Positions 37,368 through 47,658 of a stretch of 64,000 nt of DNA are shown piece after piece; position 1 is the first letter of the stretch, and each line of letters opens with the position of its first letter. The position numbers and the translations under genes are program-made. The notes under the pieces are model-generated. The model worked only from the letters and a program-made list of their open reading frames with translations, was not told the origin of the DNA and searched no databases. The stretch covers positions 96,001-160,000 of the forward strand of contig CAVPCT010000009.1 of assembly GCA_963702475.1 (NCBI GenBank), in the 5' to 3' direction. Origin of the DNA: an uncultured Thermoleophilia bacterium. Its GTDB lineage: Bacteria > Actinomycetota > Thermoleophilia > UBA2241.

Positions 37368-40090
37368 TGGCGGCGAGCAAGGTCGACAAGAAGGCCGCCC
37401 CGCCGAAGGGCCTCGTGCCCACTCTGAGGAGCGGCAGCTTCCTCTTCAAGCTCATCTTCATCGCGATCCTGCTCATCTGGCCGATGGTGCTTCCCAACAC
37501 CTACAACATGAGCGTGATGACCACTGCCGGGTACTACGCGATGATCGTCGTCGCCGTGAGCCTCATCCTCGGCCAGGCCGGCCAGCTCTCGCTGGCGCAC
37601 AACGCGTTCTACGGGATAGGCGCCTACGTCGCCGCCATCCTCGCCACGACGTACCACTGGAACAGCCTGCTGGCGCTGTTCGTCGGGGCGCTCGCCGCCG
37701 GCGGCGTGGCCATCCTGATCGGCAAGCCGGTGCTCAAGCTCAAGTATTTCTACCTGGCCCTCGCCACCCTGGGTCTGGGCCAGATCTTCGGCATCATCGT
37801 CACGCAGCTCACCATCACCGGCGGCGCCAACGGCTTCGGGCCGATCCCGACGCTCGACATCTTCGGCTTCGACGTCGGCACCTACATGCGCCAGTACTAC
37901 GTCATCTGGATCATCGTGATCCTGACGCTGTTGTTCACCGACCGCGCCCTCAAGTACCGGTTCGGGCGCTCGCTGCGCTCGCTGGCGACGAGCGAGATCG
38001 CGGCCTCGACCCTCGGCGTGCGCACCGCCAACTGGAAGCTCGTCGCCTTCGTGGTCGGGGCCGTGTACTGCGGCTTCGCCGGCGGCCTGTTCGCCTTCTT
38101 CAGCGTGGCCATCATGCCGGGCTCCTTCGGCTTCGCCGCGGCGGTCCTGCCGGTGGTCATGATGCTCGTCGGCGGCGACCAGAACATCTGGGGCGGCGCC
38201 ATCGGCGCCATCGTGCTCACCTGGGTCGTCAACGGCTTCCCGCAGCTCCAGCAGTACAGCGGCGTCACCTACTCGGTCGTCATGATCCTGCTCCTCATGT
38301 TCCTCCCGATGGGCATCGTCGGCCTGTTCTCGCCGATGGCCCGCGCCCGGATGCGCAAGCGCTTCGGCATGAAGGACAAGGGCGATCTCGGGGAGGTGGA
38401 GGCCCTGCCCGATGTGGGTGCCGACACCGGCGGCGAGCTGGAGTTCAAGGCCTCGGTGGCCGAGGCTGCGGCCGCGGCCCAGGAGACGAAGGAGGCCCTC
38501 GCCGCCGCCGCGGACGTGAGGACGGCGGCCGCCGCCCAGGACGACGCGCCGGCGCTGCTGCGCGTGGAGGGCGTCACCGTCCAGTTCGGCGGTCTCAAGG
38601 CCGTGAACGACGTGACCATGGAGGTCCGCGAGGGCGAGATCACGGCGCTCATCGGCCCGAACGGCGCCGGCAAGACCACGCTGTTCAACGCCGTCAGCCG
38701 GCTGCAGTCCATCACCACCGGCTCCATCAGCTTCATGGGGCGGGACATCACGAAGCTCAGCCCGCCGGAGGTCGCACGACTGGGCATGGCGCGCACCTTC
38801 CAGAACCTGCGCATCTTCGCCAACATGAACGTGCTCGAGAACGTGCTCGTGGGCTGCCACCGGCACGAGCACTCCGGCATGTTCTCGGAGGGCATCGGCC
38901 TGCCCAAGCAGCGGGCCGAGGAGAAGGCCTCGCGCGAACGCGCCATGAAGACGCTCGAACTGCTCGGCCTCGAGCACTACGCCATGCGGCCGGCCGCGAG
39001 CCTGCCCTACGGCATCCAGCGGCTGGTCGAGATCGCCCGCGCGGTCGCGTCCGAGCCCAAGCTGCTCATGCTCGACGAGCCCGCGGCCGGCATGAACGCG
39101 CACGAGCGGGCTTATCTGGTCGACAGGATCGGGCGCATCCGAGACGCCGGCATCAGCGTGCTGCTCGTCGAGCACGACATCGGCCTCGTGATGGGCATCT
39201 CCGACGCGGTCAACTGCCTTGACTACGGCAAGCTCATCGCCTGTGGCACGCCGGGCGTCGTCCAGCAGGATCCTGCGGTCATCGCCGCCTACCTCGGCGA
39301 CGGCAAGGCGCGCGTCGCCAGTCACCGCGACGCGGAGCACGTGACGGCCTGCGATGACTGCATGCTGGTCGTGGAGGACCTCGTCACGTCCTACGGCACC
39401 ATCGAAGCGCTCCACGGCGTGTCGTTCGAGGTGCCCAAGGGGCAGATCGTGGCCGTGCTCGGGGCCAACGGCGCCGGCAAGACCACGCTGCTGGAGACGA
39501 TCTCCGGCCTGCTCAAGCCCAACCGCGGCCGGATCCTCTACGAGGGCGCCGACATCACCAAGGTCGCGCCACACAAGATCGCGAGGCGGGGCCTCGGCCA
39601 CGTGCCCGAGGGGCGCCAGCTCTTCCCGACGCTGAGCGTCGAGGACAACCTCATCCTCGGGGCCACGGCCCGGGCAGACAAGGCAGGGCTCCAGGACGAC
39701 ATCGCCTTCGTGTATGAGGTGTTCCCCGTGCTCGGGGAGCGGCGCAAGCAGCACGCCGGCACGCTGTCGGGCGGCGAGCAGCAGATGCTCGCCATCGGCA
39801 GGGCCATCACCGGCAAGCCCAGCCTGCTGCTGCTCGACGAGCCGTCCATGGGCCTCGCTCCCATGACGGTGGACCGCATCTTCGAGGGCCTGCAGAAGCT
39901 CAACGAACAAGGCCTCACCATGCTCATGGTGGAGCAGAACGCGGAGATGGCACTCTCCATCGCGGACTATGCGGTGGTGCTTCAGACCGGCAATGTCGTC
40001 ATCGCGGAGAGCGCCACCGCTCTCCGCGAGGACGACCGGGTGCGGGCGTCCTATCTGGGCCAGAGCCAGACCGGGGCTCGCGCAAACTGA
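37367..40090 (+). CDS. Fused LivM permease + LivG ATPase + LivF ATPase (about 907 aa)
   Basis: GQAGQLSLAH..FYG permease followed in the same frame by GPNGAGKTT..LPYG..DEPAAG and GANGAGKTT..LSGGEQQML..DEPSMGLAP. Confidence 0.88.
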   Translation: MAASKVDKKAAPPKGLVPTLRSGSFLFKLIFIAILLIWPMVLPNTYNMSVMTTAGYYAMIVVAVSLILGQAGQLSLAHNAFYGIGAYVAAILATTYHWNSLLALFVGALAAGGVAILIGKPVLKLKYFYLALATLGLGQIFGIIVTQLTITGGANGFGPIPTLDIFGFDVGTYMRQYYVIWIIVILTLLFTDRALKYRFGRSLRSLATSEIAASTLGVRTANWKLVAFVVGAVYCGFAGGLFAFFSVAIMPGSFGFAAAVLPVVMMLVGGDQNIWGGAIGAIVLTWVVNGFPQLQQYSGVTYSVVMILLLMFLPMGIVGLFSPMARARMRKRFGMKDKGDLGEVEALPDVGADTGGELEFKASVAEAAAAAQETKEALAAAADVRTAAAAQDDAPALLRVEGVTVQFGGLKAVNDVTMEVREGEITALIGPNGAGKTTLFNAVSRLQSITTGSISFMGRDITKLSPPEVARLGMARTFQNLRIFANMNVLENVLVGCHRHEHSGMFSEGIGLPKQRAEEKASRERAMKTLELLGLEHYAMRPAASLPYGIQRLVEIARAVASEPKLLMLDEPAAGMNAHERAYLVDRIGRIRDAGISVLLVEHDIGLVMGISDAVNCLDYGKLIACGTPGVVQQDPAVIAAYLGDGKARVASHRDAEHVTACDDCMLVVEDLVTSYGTIEALHGVSFEVPKGQIVAVLGANGAGKTTLLETISGLLKPNRGRILYEGADITKVAPHKIARRGLGHVPEGRQLFPTLSVEDNLILGATARADKAGLQDDIAFVYEVFPVLGERRKQHAGTLSGGEQQMLAIGRAITGKPSLLLLDEPSMGLAPMTVDRIFEGLQKLNEQGLTMLMVEQNAEMALSIADYAVVLQTGNVVIAESATALREDDRVRASYLGQSQTGARAN

Positions 40091-40124
40091 CGTGGGGACA
40101 CAAAGGCAAGGGGAGGAGAAGAGC

Positions 40125-41418
40125 ATGAAGCGTTGGAAGTGGCAGCTGGGCGTCGTGTCGGTGCTCGTGCTGCTCGCCGCCGCCACCATCGGTGTGATGG
40201 CCGCGTGCGGTGAGGAAGAGTCGGGCGGAGAGGCGTCGCCGGCGGCGAGCGAATCGGCGGGCGCCGGCGACTTCACCGGTACCACCACCAAGTGGGGCGA
40301 GATGAACTCGCTCACCGGCGTCTCGGCGGCTCCCGCCAAGACGCTGCAGATGGGCTACGACGAGGAGGTCGAGTACATCAACGCCAACGGCGGCGTCCTC
40401 GGCGCCGCCATCGACTCGATCAACCTCGACGACAAGTCGGACATGAGCGCCTCCGTGGCCGGGGTGACGCAGCTGATCAACCAGGACAAGGTCGACCTGA
40501 TCATCGGACCGTTCCCGCAGATGGTCGCCACCGCTGCGCGCTCCATCACGGAGAAGGCCGGTACGCCGCACATGCTGTACGCGCCGCCGACCATCGCCGA
40601 CCTCAAGAAGACCGACTACAAGTGGTCCTTCCTGTGCGCGGCCGGGCCTGACGCCGTCGCCGACGCGCTCCTCGTGGCCTGCCAGAAGGGCGGCTACAAG
40701 AACGTCGTCGCCATCGCCGACGTCATTCCGATCCACCAGGAGTCCCTGGTGCTCATGAAGGAGTACTACCAGGACGCCGGCATCGAGAACTTCACGGTGC
40801 TCCCCGACAAGTGGGACCTGGCCGCGACCGACGTCTCGCCGATCGTCGCCAAGCTCGCCGCTGCCGCCAAGGCGAACAAGCCTGACGTGCTGCTCGTCCT
40901 CAGCAACCCGATCCACGTGCCGGCCATCCAGAAGGGCCTCAAGGCACTCGGCATCACCACCCCGGTGATCGGCTCGGCCGCCGGTACCTCGCCGGCCATC
41001 TTCCTGCAGGGCCCCGAGGCCGTCGAAGGCTTCACTGCCCTCGGCGTCGGCATCACCAACCCGGCCGAGCTGCCCGACGGGTATCCGGGCAAGGAAGACA
41101 TGCTCGCCTTCTCCGAGCGTTTCATGGCCAAGTACGACATGCCGCCGGACTTCTACGCCGGGCTTCGCGTATGACGCCGTGCACCTGATGGCGAACGCGC
41201 AGATCGCCGCCGGCAACCCGACCGACAAGGAAGCCGTGCGCACGGCCATGGAGGCCACCACGGAGTGGGCGGGCTGCCAGGGCGTGTTCACGTACTCAGC
41301 AACCGACCACGTGGGCATCCACGGCGGCTTCTGCCTGTGGAAGGTCGAGGGCGGCCAGTTCAAGCTCGTCGAGGAGCTCAACCCGACGGGCCTGGTCATC
41401 ATCCCGCCGCTCCAGTAA
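40125..41418 (+). CDS. ABC substrate-binding lipoprotein, frameshifted near 41160-41170
   Basis: Lipobox MAAC; INANGGVLG, DDKSD, DKVDLIIGP; C-terminus G.FTYS..DH in 41179..41418. Confidence 0.87.
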
Positions 41419-41672
41419 CCCGGAGCAGCAGACCGACCACCGCGTGACGGCCTCCGGCCGCGGCGAGGCGAAGCCTCAGCACCGCGGCCGGAGGCCCCTT
41501 TCGGGGGACGTCTTCGCCGTGCGGTGGCGCATGGCCCAGGTGGCCGCCCGACGTTCTGAGCAAGACGCGGCCGGCGAGGAGGGCTCACGCCGACGACCCC
41601 CGCGACAGAGAGCCGTGACGACCCGCGGCCGGGCGTGCCATGGCCGCGGGACGAACACCGGAGGAGTTCATC

Positions 41673-42443
41673 ATGTCCGATCGTCTGGCCGGCAAGGTGG
41701 CCGTGGTCACCGGCAGCGGCAATGGGATAGGCCAGGGCTGCGCGCTCATGTTCGCTCGTGAGGGGGCCACGGTGGTGGGCGCGGACCTCGACGTGGCCGG
41801 CTCCGAGGAGACCCTCAGGCGCGCCGTCGCGGAGGGTCTCACGATCGACGGCGTCCATCCCTGCGACCTCGTCGACCCGCCTCAGGTCGAGCAGCTCATG
41901 AAGTACACGGCCGAGAAGTACGGCGGCATCCACGTGTTGCTGAATGCCGCCGCCAAGATCGCCTTCGAGTTCATCGAGGACATGGACTACGAGGCGCACT
42001 GGAAGAAGACCATCGTCGGCGAGCTGGACATCGTCTTCCTGGCCTGCAAGGCGGCGTGGCCGTACATGAAGAAGAGCGGAGGAGCCTCCATCATCAACTT
42101 CTCCTCCGCCAACGCCTGGGAGGCGCTGCAGGGCTCCGGCGCCCTGGCGCACTGCGCGACCAAGGGCGCCGTGCTCGCCATGACCCGCCAGCTGGCGATG
42201 GAGGGCGGGCCTCACGGCATCCGCGCCAACACCATCGCTCCCGCGCTCATCGTCACCTCAGAGACCAAGCCCCGGCTCGACAACGAACCGGGCTTTCGCG
42301 AGACCGTGGAAGCCAAGATGATGCTTCCGCGCCTCGGCACGCCGGAAGACATCGCCTACTGCGCGACCTTCCTCGCGTCCGATGAATCGAGCTGGGTGAC
42401 CGCCTCCGACTACAAGGTCGACGGCGGCGCCACGTCGTGGTGA
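41673..42443 (+). CDS. SDR family oxidoreductase with HxxxK in place of YxxxK
   Basis: VTGSGNGIG, SIINFSS, AHCATKG, IRANTIAP. Confidence 0.88.
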   Translation: MSDRLAGKVAVVTGSGNGIGQGCALMFAREGATVVGADLDVAGSEETLRRAVAEGLTIDGVHPCDLVDPPQVEQLMKYTAEKYGGIHVLLNAAAKIAFEFIEDMDYEAHWKKTIVGELDIVFLACKAAWPYMKKSGGASIINFSSANAWEALQGSGALAHCATKGAVLAMTRQLAMEGGPHGIRANTIAPALIVTSETKPRLDNEPGFRETVEAKMMLPRLGTPEDIAYCATFLASDESSWVTASDYKVDGGATSW

Positions 42444-42456
42444 GAGGAGCAGGGTC

Positions 42457-42927
42457 GTGACACAGCACACCGACGAACTGAAGAGCGAGTTCCTCTGGAG
42501 CGCGCACATCGACGTTGAAGGCTTCTACGAGGTCGGCCACACGTTCCGCGGTCACCGCAACATCGTCCGTGTGAAGGGCGGTTGGTTCGAGGGGCCGGAG
42601 ATCAAGGGCAGCATCCTGCCGGGGACCGGCGACTGGTTCCTCACGCGTCCGGATGGCGTCGGTGAGGGCGACGTGCGCGACACCTACCAGACCGACGACG
42701 GCGCCATCATCTACGTGAGCTACCGAGGCATCCTCGACATCAGCGCCGACGTGTGGACGCGCATCGGCGCCGGCGAGGACGTCCCGGCCACCGAGTACTA
42801 CCTGCGCGGGCAGCCGATGTTCGAGACCGGCTCGGAGAAGTACGACTGGCTCAACAGGATCGTCGCCGTCTCCGTCGGCAAGCAGGAGGCCATGGGGGTG
42901 ACCTACGACGTGTTCCGGATCCTGTAG
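42457..42927 (+). CDS. DUF3237 family protein
   Basis: GG.FEGP.IKG.ILPG.GDW, TDDGA.IYV, P.FETG..KYDWLN. Confidence 0.85.
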   Translation: MTQHTDELKSEFLWSAHIDVEGFYEVGHTFRGHRNIVRVKGGWFEGPEIKGSILPGTGDWFLTRPDGVGEGDVRDTYQTDDGAIIYVSYRGILDISADVWTRIGAGEDVPATEYYLRGQPMFETGSEKYDWLNRIVAVSVGKQEAMGVTYDVFRIL

Positions 42928-42952
42928 GGGCCGGGGATTCGAGGAGGGTCAC

Positions 42953-43816
42953 ATGCTGAAGTTCATCCTGGCTAGCCGCAGCAAGCCGGAGCACACCAAG
43001 GAGCGCTACTACTTCGAGTGGGGCATCATCCACGTCTCGCTGATGCTGCAGACGCCGACGGTCATGTCCACCTTTCGCCGCTACGCCCAGCACTTCGTGC
43101 CGGACGGACTCGAGGGCGACAGGCTGCTGTTCCCCCTCTCTCCGATGGCGTGGGAGAACATGGCCGACCACTGGCTCGAGACCTGGGAGGACCTCGTCCT
43201 CCCCTTCAGGGCGTCGGACTACCCGAACCGCATGCAGCCGCACAACTTCGGCGACTTCAACTTCGACATCCAGCTCATGACCGGCGAGGAGCTCTACGCC
43301 GAGGACGGGTACTACAGCGGGGGCATCAAGCTCGTGCACTTCCTTCACCGTCGCGCGGACGTGGGCCTCGATGAGTTCAAGTCCAGGTACGGGGCGCACG
43401 GCGACGTGCTGATCGAGGCCGGCAAGGGTCTGCTGCGCAAGTACGTGCAGAACACCGAGACGCAGGGCGACCCGAAGTACTTCGCCGGCACGCTGTTCGA
43501 GCTCGGCGGGGTCAACACCTATGCGGGTCACGAGGAGCTGTGGTTCGACGATGTGGAGTCGGTGTACGCGTTCTGCCAGGACCCCGCGCGGCGCGCGGCC
43601 CTGCTGGAGAGCTACGCCGGGTTCTCCGACGAGCGGACGTACTCGATGGTGACGACGGAGCGCGTGGTGTTCGACTTCGTCACGCCCGGGCACGTCAGCC
43701 CGCGGCCGGCGGTGCTGCAGGCCGGTTCGCTGGAGGCACTCGTCGATGCCCAGGGCTACGCAGGTTGGTGGCTTCCCGGGTGGGAGAAGACGGCCCGCGG
43801 CGAAGGGCCCGCGTGA
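42953..43816 (+). CDS. EthD-like (dimeric alpha-beta barrel) tandem-domain protein
   Basis: RRYAQH and RKYVQN repeats, EFK..Y..HG, EELWFDD. Confidence 0.65.
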   Translation: MLKFILASRSKPEHTKERYYFEWGIIHVSLMLQTPTVMSTFRRYAQHFVPDGLEGDRLLFPLSPMAWENMADHWLETWEDLVLPFRASDYPNRMQPHNFGDFNFDIQLMTGEELYAEDGYYSGGIKLVHFLHRRADVGLDEFKSRYGAHGDVLIEAGKGLLRKYVQNTETQGDPKYFAGTLFELGGVNTYAGHEELWFDDVESVYAFCQDPARRAALLESYAGFSDERTYSMVTTERVVFDFVTPGHVSPRPAVLQAGSLEALVDAQGYAGWWLPGWEKTARGEGPA

Positions 43817-45150
43817 CGTCCGGCGAGCCGGACGGGAGCGTCGGGGCCGGGCTGCCGGCCGGCGGCTTGCTGGAGCCGCCGGCGGAGGACCTGGCAGAGG
43901 CGGCGCCTCAGCTGGGTGGACTGGAGCTGCAGGGCGGCCGGGCCGACACGGTGGCCGCCGTCCTCATGGGCTACGTCGCCCTGCAGACGGTGGGCGTCAC
44001 CGTGGTCGCCGTCAGCGCGCCGGTCCTGCAGGAGCGCTTCGGGTTCAGCGCCGCGCAGGTCGGCCTGTTGACCTCGATGTTCGCGCTGGCCGTCGGGTTG
44101 ACCGCCATCCCGATGGGCCTGGGGACGGCCAGGTGGGGAGGGCAGGTGCTCTTCGCGGCCGCCGCGCTGTTCCTGATCGGCAGCCTCGTCTTCGCGGCGG
44201 CGGACTCCTACCCCTGGTTCCTGGCCGGCCGGTTCATCCAGGGGCTGGGGGCCGGTGCGGGTGTCCCGGTCGGCACGGCGCTCGTCACCCGCTTCATTGC
44301 GCCGGGGGCGCGGCACCGGGCGTTCGGCCTGTTCGGGGCCGGCGCCGGTCTGGGCACGACGGTGAGCCTGCTCATCCTGCCGAGCATCGTCGTCGCCGGC
44401 GGCTACCGGTGGGTCTTCGTTGCGGCGGCGCTGTACGGGGTCGTGCTGGTGCTCGCCGTGCTCGCGGTGCACGTGCTGCGCATCCGTCCGCACAGCGCGG
44501 ACCCCCCCGCCTCCGCCGGCGCGCTGGTCCGTGCCTTCGTGCACGCCGCCCGGAGCCCCGGCGTGTGGCTCTGCGCCCTCATGAACGTCACTGTCGTGGG
44601 CGTCGTGGTGGGCGTGCTCACGTGGACGCCGCAGTTCCTGCACGACCAGTTCGGCGCGTCCCTCGCCATCGCCGCCTTCCTCACTGCCGGCATCGGCGTC
44701 TCGCAGGCGGCCGGCAACCCCGTCGGCGCGGTCGCCATGCACAGGTGGGGCACGCCTGCCGTGCTGCTCGGGGGTCTCGGACTCCTGGCAGTGGCGACAG
44801 CGCTGGTGCCGGTCGGCCCGGGTGTCGTGTGGGCGTACGTGGCGATCCTCGCGGTCGTCCTGCTCGCCGGCGTGCTCCTGCCGCCCGGCCTGGCGATGAT
44901 CGGCGACATCGCCAAGGGTCACGAGGCGGTCGGCGCGGCCACCGGCCTCGTCGGCATGCTCAACCTCATCGGCTCGATGCTCGCGCCGTGGTTGTTCGGG
45001 GTGCTGCTCGACGTGTACGGCTCGGCGCCCGGCGATGACGGCTACGCCGCGGGCTGGTTCATGCTGGCCGGCTTCGCCGTAGCGGGCTTCGCCGGAGGGG
45101 CGGCCTTCTGGCTGCTGCGCCGGCGCGGCCACTTGCAGCCTGCCGCCTGA
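43813..45150 (+). CDS. MFS transporter
   Basis: About 12 hydrophobic segments; QVGLLTS, GRFIQGLGAG, P.LFG.LLD..GS. Confidence 0.88.
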   Translation: MTSGEPDGSVGAGLPAGGLLEPPAEDLAEAAPQLGGLELQGGRADTVAAVLMGYVALQTVGVTVVAVSAPVLQERFGFSAAQVGLLTSMFALAVGLTAIPMGLGTARWGGQVLFAAAALFLIGSLVFAAADSYPWFLAGRFIQGLGAGAGVPVGTALVTRFIAPGARHRAFGLFGAGAGLGTTVSLLILPSIVVAGGYRWVFVAAALYGVVLVLAVLAVHVLRIRPHSADPPASAGALVRAFVHAARSPGVWLCALMNVTVVGVVVGVLTWTPQFLHDQFGASLAIAAFLTAGIGVSQAAGNPVGAVAMHRWGTPAVLLGGLGLLAVATALVPVGPGVVWAYVAILAVVLLAGVLLPPGLAMIGDIAKGHEAVGAATGLVGMLNLIGSMLAPWLFGVLLDVYGSAPGDDGYAAGWFMLAGFAVAGFAGGAAFWLLRRRGHLQPAA

Positions 45151-45231
45151 CCCGGGCTCTCGGCCTTTCCCCAGTCTCGAGTGTGCGCGTACAATCGCGC
45201 TTTCCGCCCGGGAAGAGAAGGAGACGCCCCC

Positions 45232-45834
45232 ATGGCTGACTGGACGCTGCAGGGCAAGACGGCGCTGCTCGTGGTCCACATGCAGAACGCCATCACCAAG
45301 TCGCCGAGCCCTCTGGACTTCATGGGCCACCCTCGGGCAACGGCCGAGGATGAGGTCATCCCGCACATCGCCGCTCTGCTCGAGGCGTTCCGGGAGAAAG
45401 ACCTGCCGGTCTTCTACGTCGTCGCGTACACGCCCGACGACTCGCCTGCGCCCGTCTACGGCCAGTTCTGGCGCGGGATCGAGGAGTCGCAGGCCAACAG
45501 GCTGGGCACGCGCGACGTTCAGATCGTCGACGAGCTCACGCCGCGCGACGGCGAGCCTGTCCTGTACAACTGGCCGTTCGACATCTTCCGGACGACCGAC
45601 CTGGAACAGCGCTTCGCGGACCAGGGCATCGAGACGGTCGTCCTCGTCGGCGTCTCGACCGGCATGGCCATCAACGTCGCCGCGTACCAGCTCGCCGAGC
45701 GCTTCTACAACCTCATCATCCCGTCGGACTGCATCACCGACGGCAACCGCGAGCTGCACGAGGTGCTGCTGGCCGGGGTGCTGCCGGTGCTGGGCCTGGT
45801 GACGACGCACGAGGACGTGATCGCGCACCTGTGA
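45232..45834 (+). CDS. Isochorismatase/cysteine hydrolase-fold protein lacking the canonical triad
   Basis: KTALLVVHMQN, F..TDLE..F...GIETVVLVGVST, SDC; ATG after AGGAG. Confidence 0.8.
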   Translation: MADWTLQGKTALLVVHMQNAITKSPSPLDFMGHPRATAEDEVIPHIAALLEAFREKDLPVFYVVAYTPDDSPAPVYGQFWRGIEESQANRLGTRDVQIVDELTPRDGEPVLYNWPFDIFRTTDLEQRFADQGIETVVLVGVSTGMAINVAAYQLAERFYNLIIPSDCITDGNRELHEVLLAGVLPVLGLVTTHEDVIAHL

Positions 45835-45852
45835 GCGAGGCGCCCTACTGAG

Positions 45853-46971
45853 TCAGTGGGTCTCTGCCGCAGTCGCAGCCCAGTGAAAGCGCGTCCGCAG
45901 CGAATTCCGCTCGTCGTGTTTCAGGTGGCCGTCATGCTGAAGGCGACCGACGACGATGCCGGCGTCGATGCCGACCTCGGAAGCGAAAGCCGAGATCGCT
46001 GCTCCTGAGAAGCGTCCGGACGCAACGAAGCGCAGGTAGTCGTCCGCTGGGAGCAGCAGGTCAGCGGCGAAGCGGTCGGCCTCGTCTTCCCTCGCCTGGA
46101 GTGCGGGATCCGCGTCGTCGTTCTCGAGAATCACCTCCTGCCGGCCGTGGAGCAGGACATGCCCGATCTCGTGGAAGAGACTGAACCAGAAGACATCGGC
46201 CCAGGCACCGCGAATCGTCATCATGAGCGCGGCCTTGCTCCGGCCCAGCCAGAACGTGGCTCCGTGGACCCGAGTGCCGGGGAAGTGCGGGCAGATGACG
46301 AGAGCGACGCCTGACTTGGCGAGGAGCGATGTCAGTGCGGGCTCAAAGACCTCGGGAGCCTGGTGGGTCATGGCGCGTAGAGCGGGCAGGGCTGCCTCCA
46401 GCAGCTTCTTGTCGAAGATGGCGCAGTCCAGCCTCCTGGCTTCGAGCTCTCCGAGGCGAAGCCAGGAGGCCAGGGCCTCGGGAGACCGCCGATGCCGGCC
46501 GGCAACTCCCTGCCGGAATGCCGCCTGATACCGTCGGACCTCGGGGATCGCGGCCAGCGACGCCACGCCGAAGAAGCGCTGCAGCTCAGCGACTCTCACC
46601 AGCGGCTTGGTAGTGCGGGCCACTGCCCCGAGCTTGGAGAGCTGGCTGTAGCAGTACGCTGATGTGAGCTTGCTCTCTTCGCGGAGGCGCTCGAGCTCCG
46701 CCTGACTCTGGCGTCGGGCCAGGGTCAGGCGATACTCGGATTCAAGGCCCAGCCAGATGTGCGCCGGCACGCCCAGGACCTTCTCGAGCTGTAACGCCGT
46801 GTCTGGGGTGATGGCCTTCTCACCCTTGAACACGGCGCTGAGCTTCGCGGCAGGGCGGCGCATGCGGCGCGCGAGCTCGTCCTTGCTCATGTCCAGCTCG
46901 GCGATCACCTCCTCGATGTACTCGCCCGGCGGGATGGCCAGATCGGAGTGGATGGTCGCGTCAGTCGTCAT
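45853..46971 (-). CDS. higA: HigA antitoxin (XRE HTH) fused to ImmA/IrrE metallopeptidase domain
   Basis: PPGEYI..ELARR..G...ITPDTALQLE.VLG....WL.LE..Y; FWFSLFHEIGH (HExxH), EDEADRFA. Confidence 0.88.
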   Translation of the reverse strand: MTTDATIHSDLAIPPGEYIEEVIAELDMSKDELARRMRRPAAKLSAVFKGEKAITPDTALQLEKVLGVPAHIWLGLESEYRLTLARRQSQAELERLREESKLTSAYCYSQLSKLGAVARTTKPLVRVAELQRFFGVASLAAIPEVRRYQAAFRQGVAGRHRRSPEALASWLRLGELEARRLDCAIFDKKLLEAALPALRAMTHQAPEVFEPALTSLLAKSGVALVICPHFPGTRVHGATFWLGRSKAALMMTIRGAWADVFWFSLFHEIGHVLLHGRQEVILENDDADPALQAREDEADRFAADLLLPADDYLRFVASGRFSGAAISAFASEVGIDAGIVVGRLQHDGHLKHDERNSLRTRFHWAATAAETH

Positions 46972-47263
46972 AGTGCTTGCTCACCTCCTCGATCATCGCG
47001 ATCTCCAGTCGTTCTCCCTCCAGCGTGAAGATGAGCCTGCTGGATCCCGTCAACGTCACCGCCCATTGGCCGGCGCGATCGCCTTTGAGCGGATGGCAAC
47101 GCAGGACCGGCAGTTCCCGAAGCTCCTCGATGTCGCTTGCCTGCTTCATGAGATTGATTCTGGCGATGTACGTTCGGCCGACCTCGTCGCCGTATGCCCG
47201 GATCGCATCGGCGGAGCGCTCGTACTGGCGTTTGAGCTTGCGCGTCCGGAAGGCGATCTCCAC
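46961..47263 (-). CDS. higB: HigB (RelE/ParE superfamily) toxin
   Basis: MEI.F..RKL, CHPLKGDRAGQWAV.L....RLIF, I.EV..HY; directly upstream of higA. Confidence 0.85.
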   Translation of the reverse strand: MEIAFRTRKLKRQYERSADAIRAYGDEVGRTYIARINLMKQASDIEELRELPVLRCHPLKGDRAGQWAVTLTGSSRLIFTLEGERLEIAMIEEVSKHYDD

Positions 47264-47658
47264 GCAGACCTCTCAGGGCTGTCGGTATTCACCGATGGGG
47301 TAAATCGAGTCTACCGCAGTTGGGCCGGCAATACACTGCTTCGCTTTACCTGAAAGGTATACCAGATGTCCGTGCCGCCTGCGAGAACGTGCTCGACGCC
47401 TTTGCCTGTCCGTCGTGCGGCAAGAAGGTCCGGTGCGCAACTGGAGAAGCACATCCTCAGGATGCTCAAGTAGACCGCCACTGGGTTGGCAGCGCCCGCT
47501 TGCGCATCGCACCCGTGGCGCGCAGCGTGGCACGTTCGTGACGATCTGAGATGAAGAAGGCGGCTCGCGAGCTCGATAGCCAGCTCGCGGGCCGCCCTGT
47601 GAAGTGAGACTGCCGGCGAAGGGGGACGCCGCGGGGCAGTCTCGGAGGCAGCGTATGG

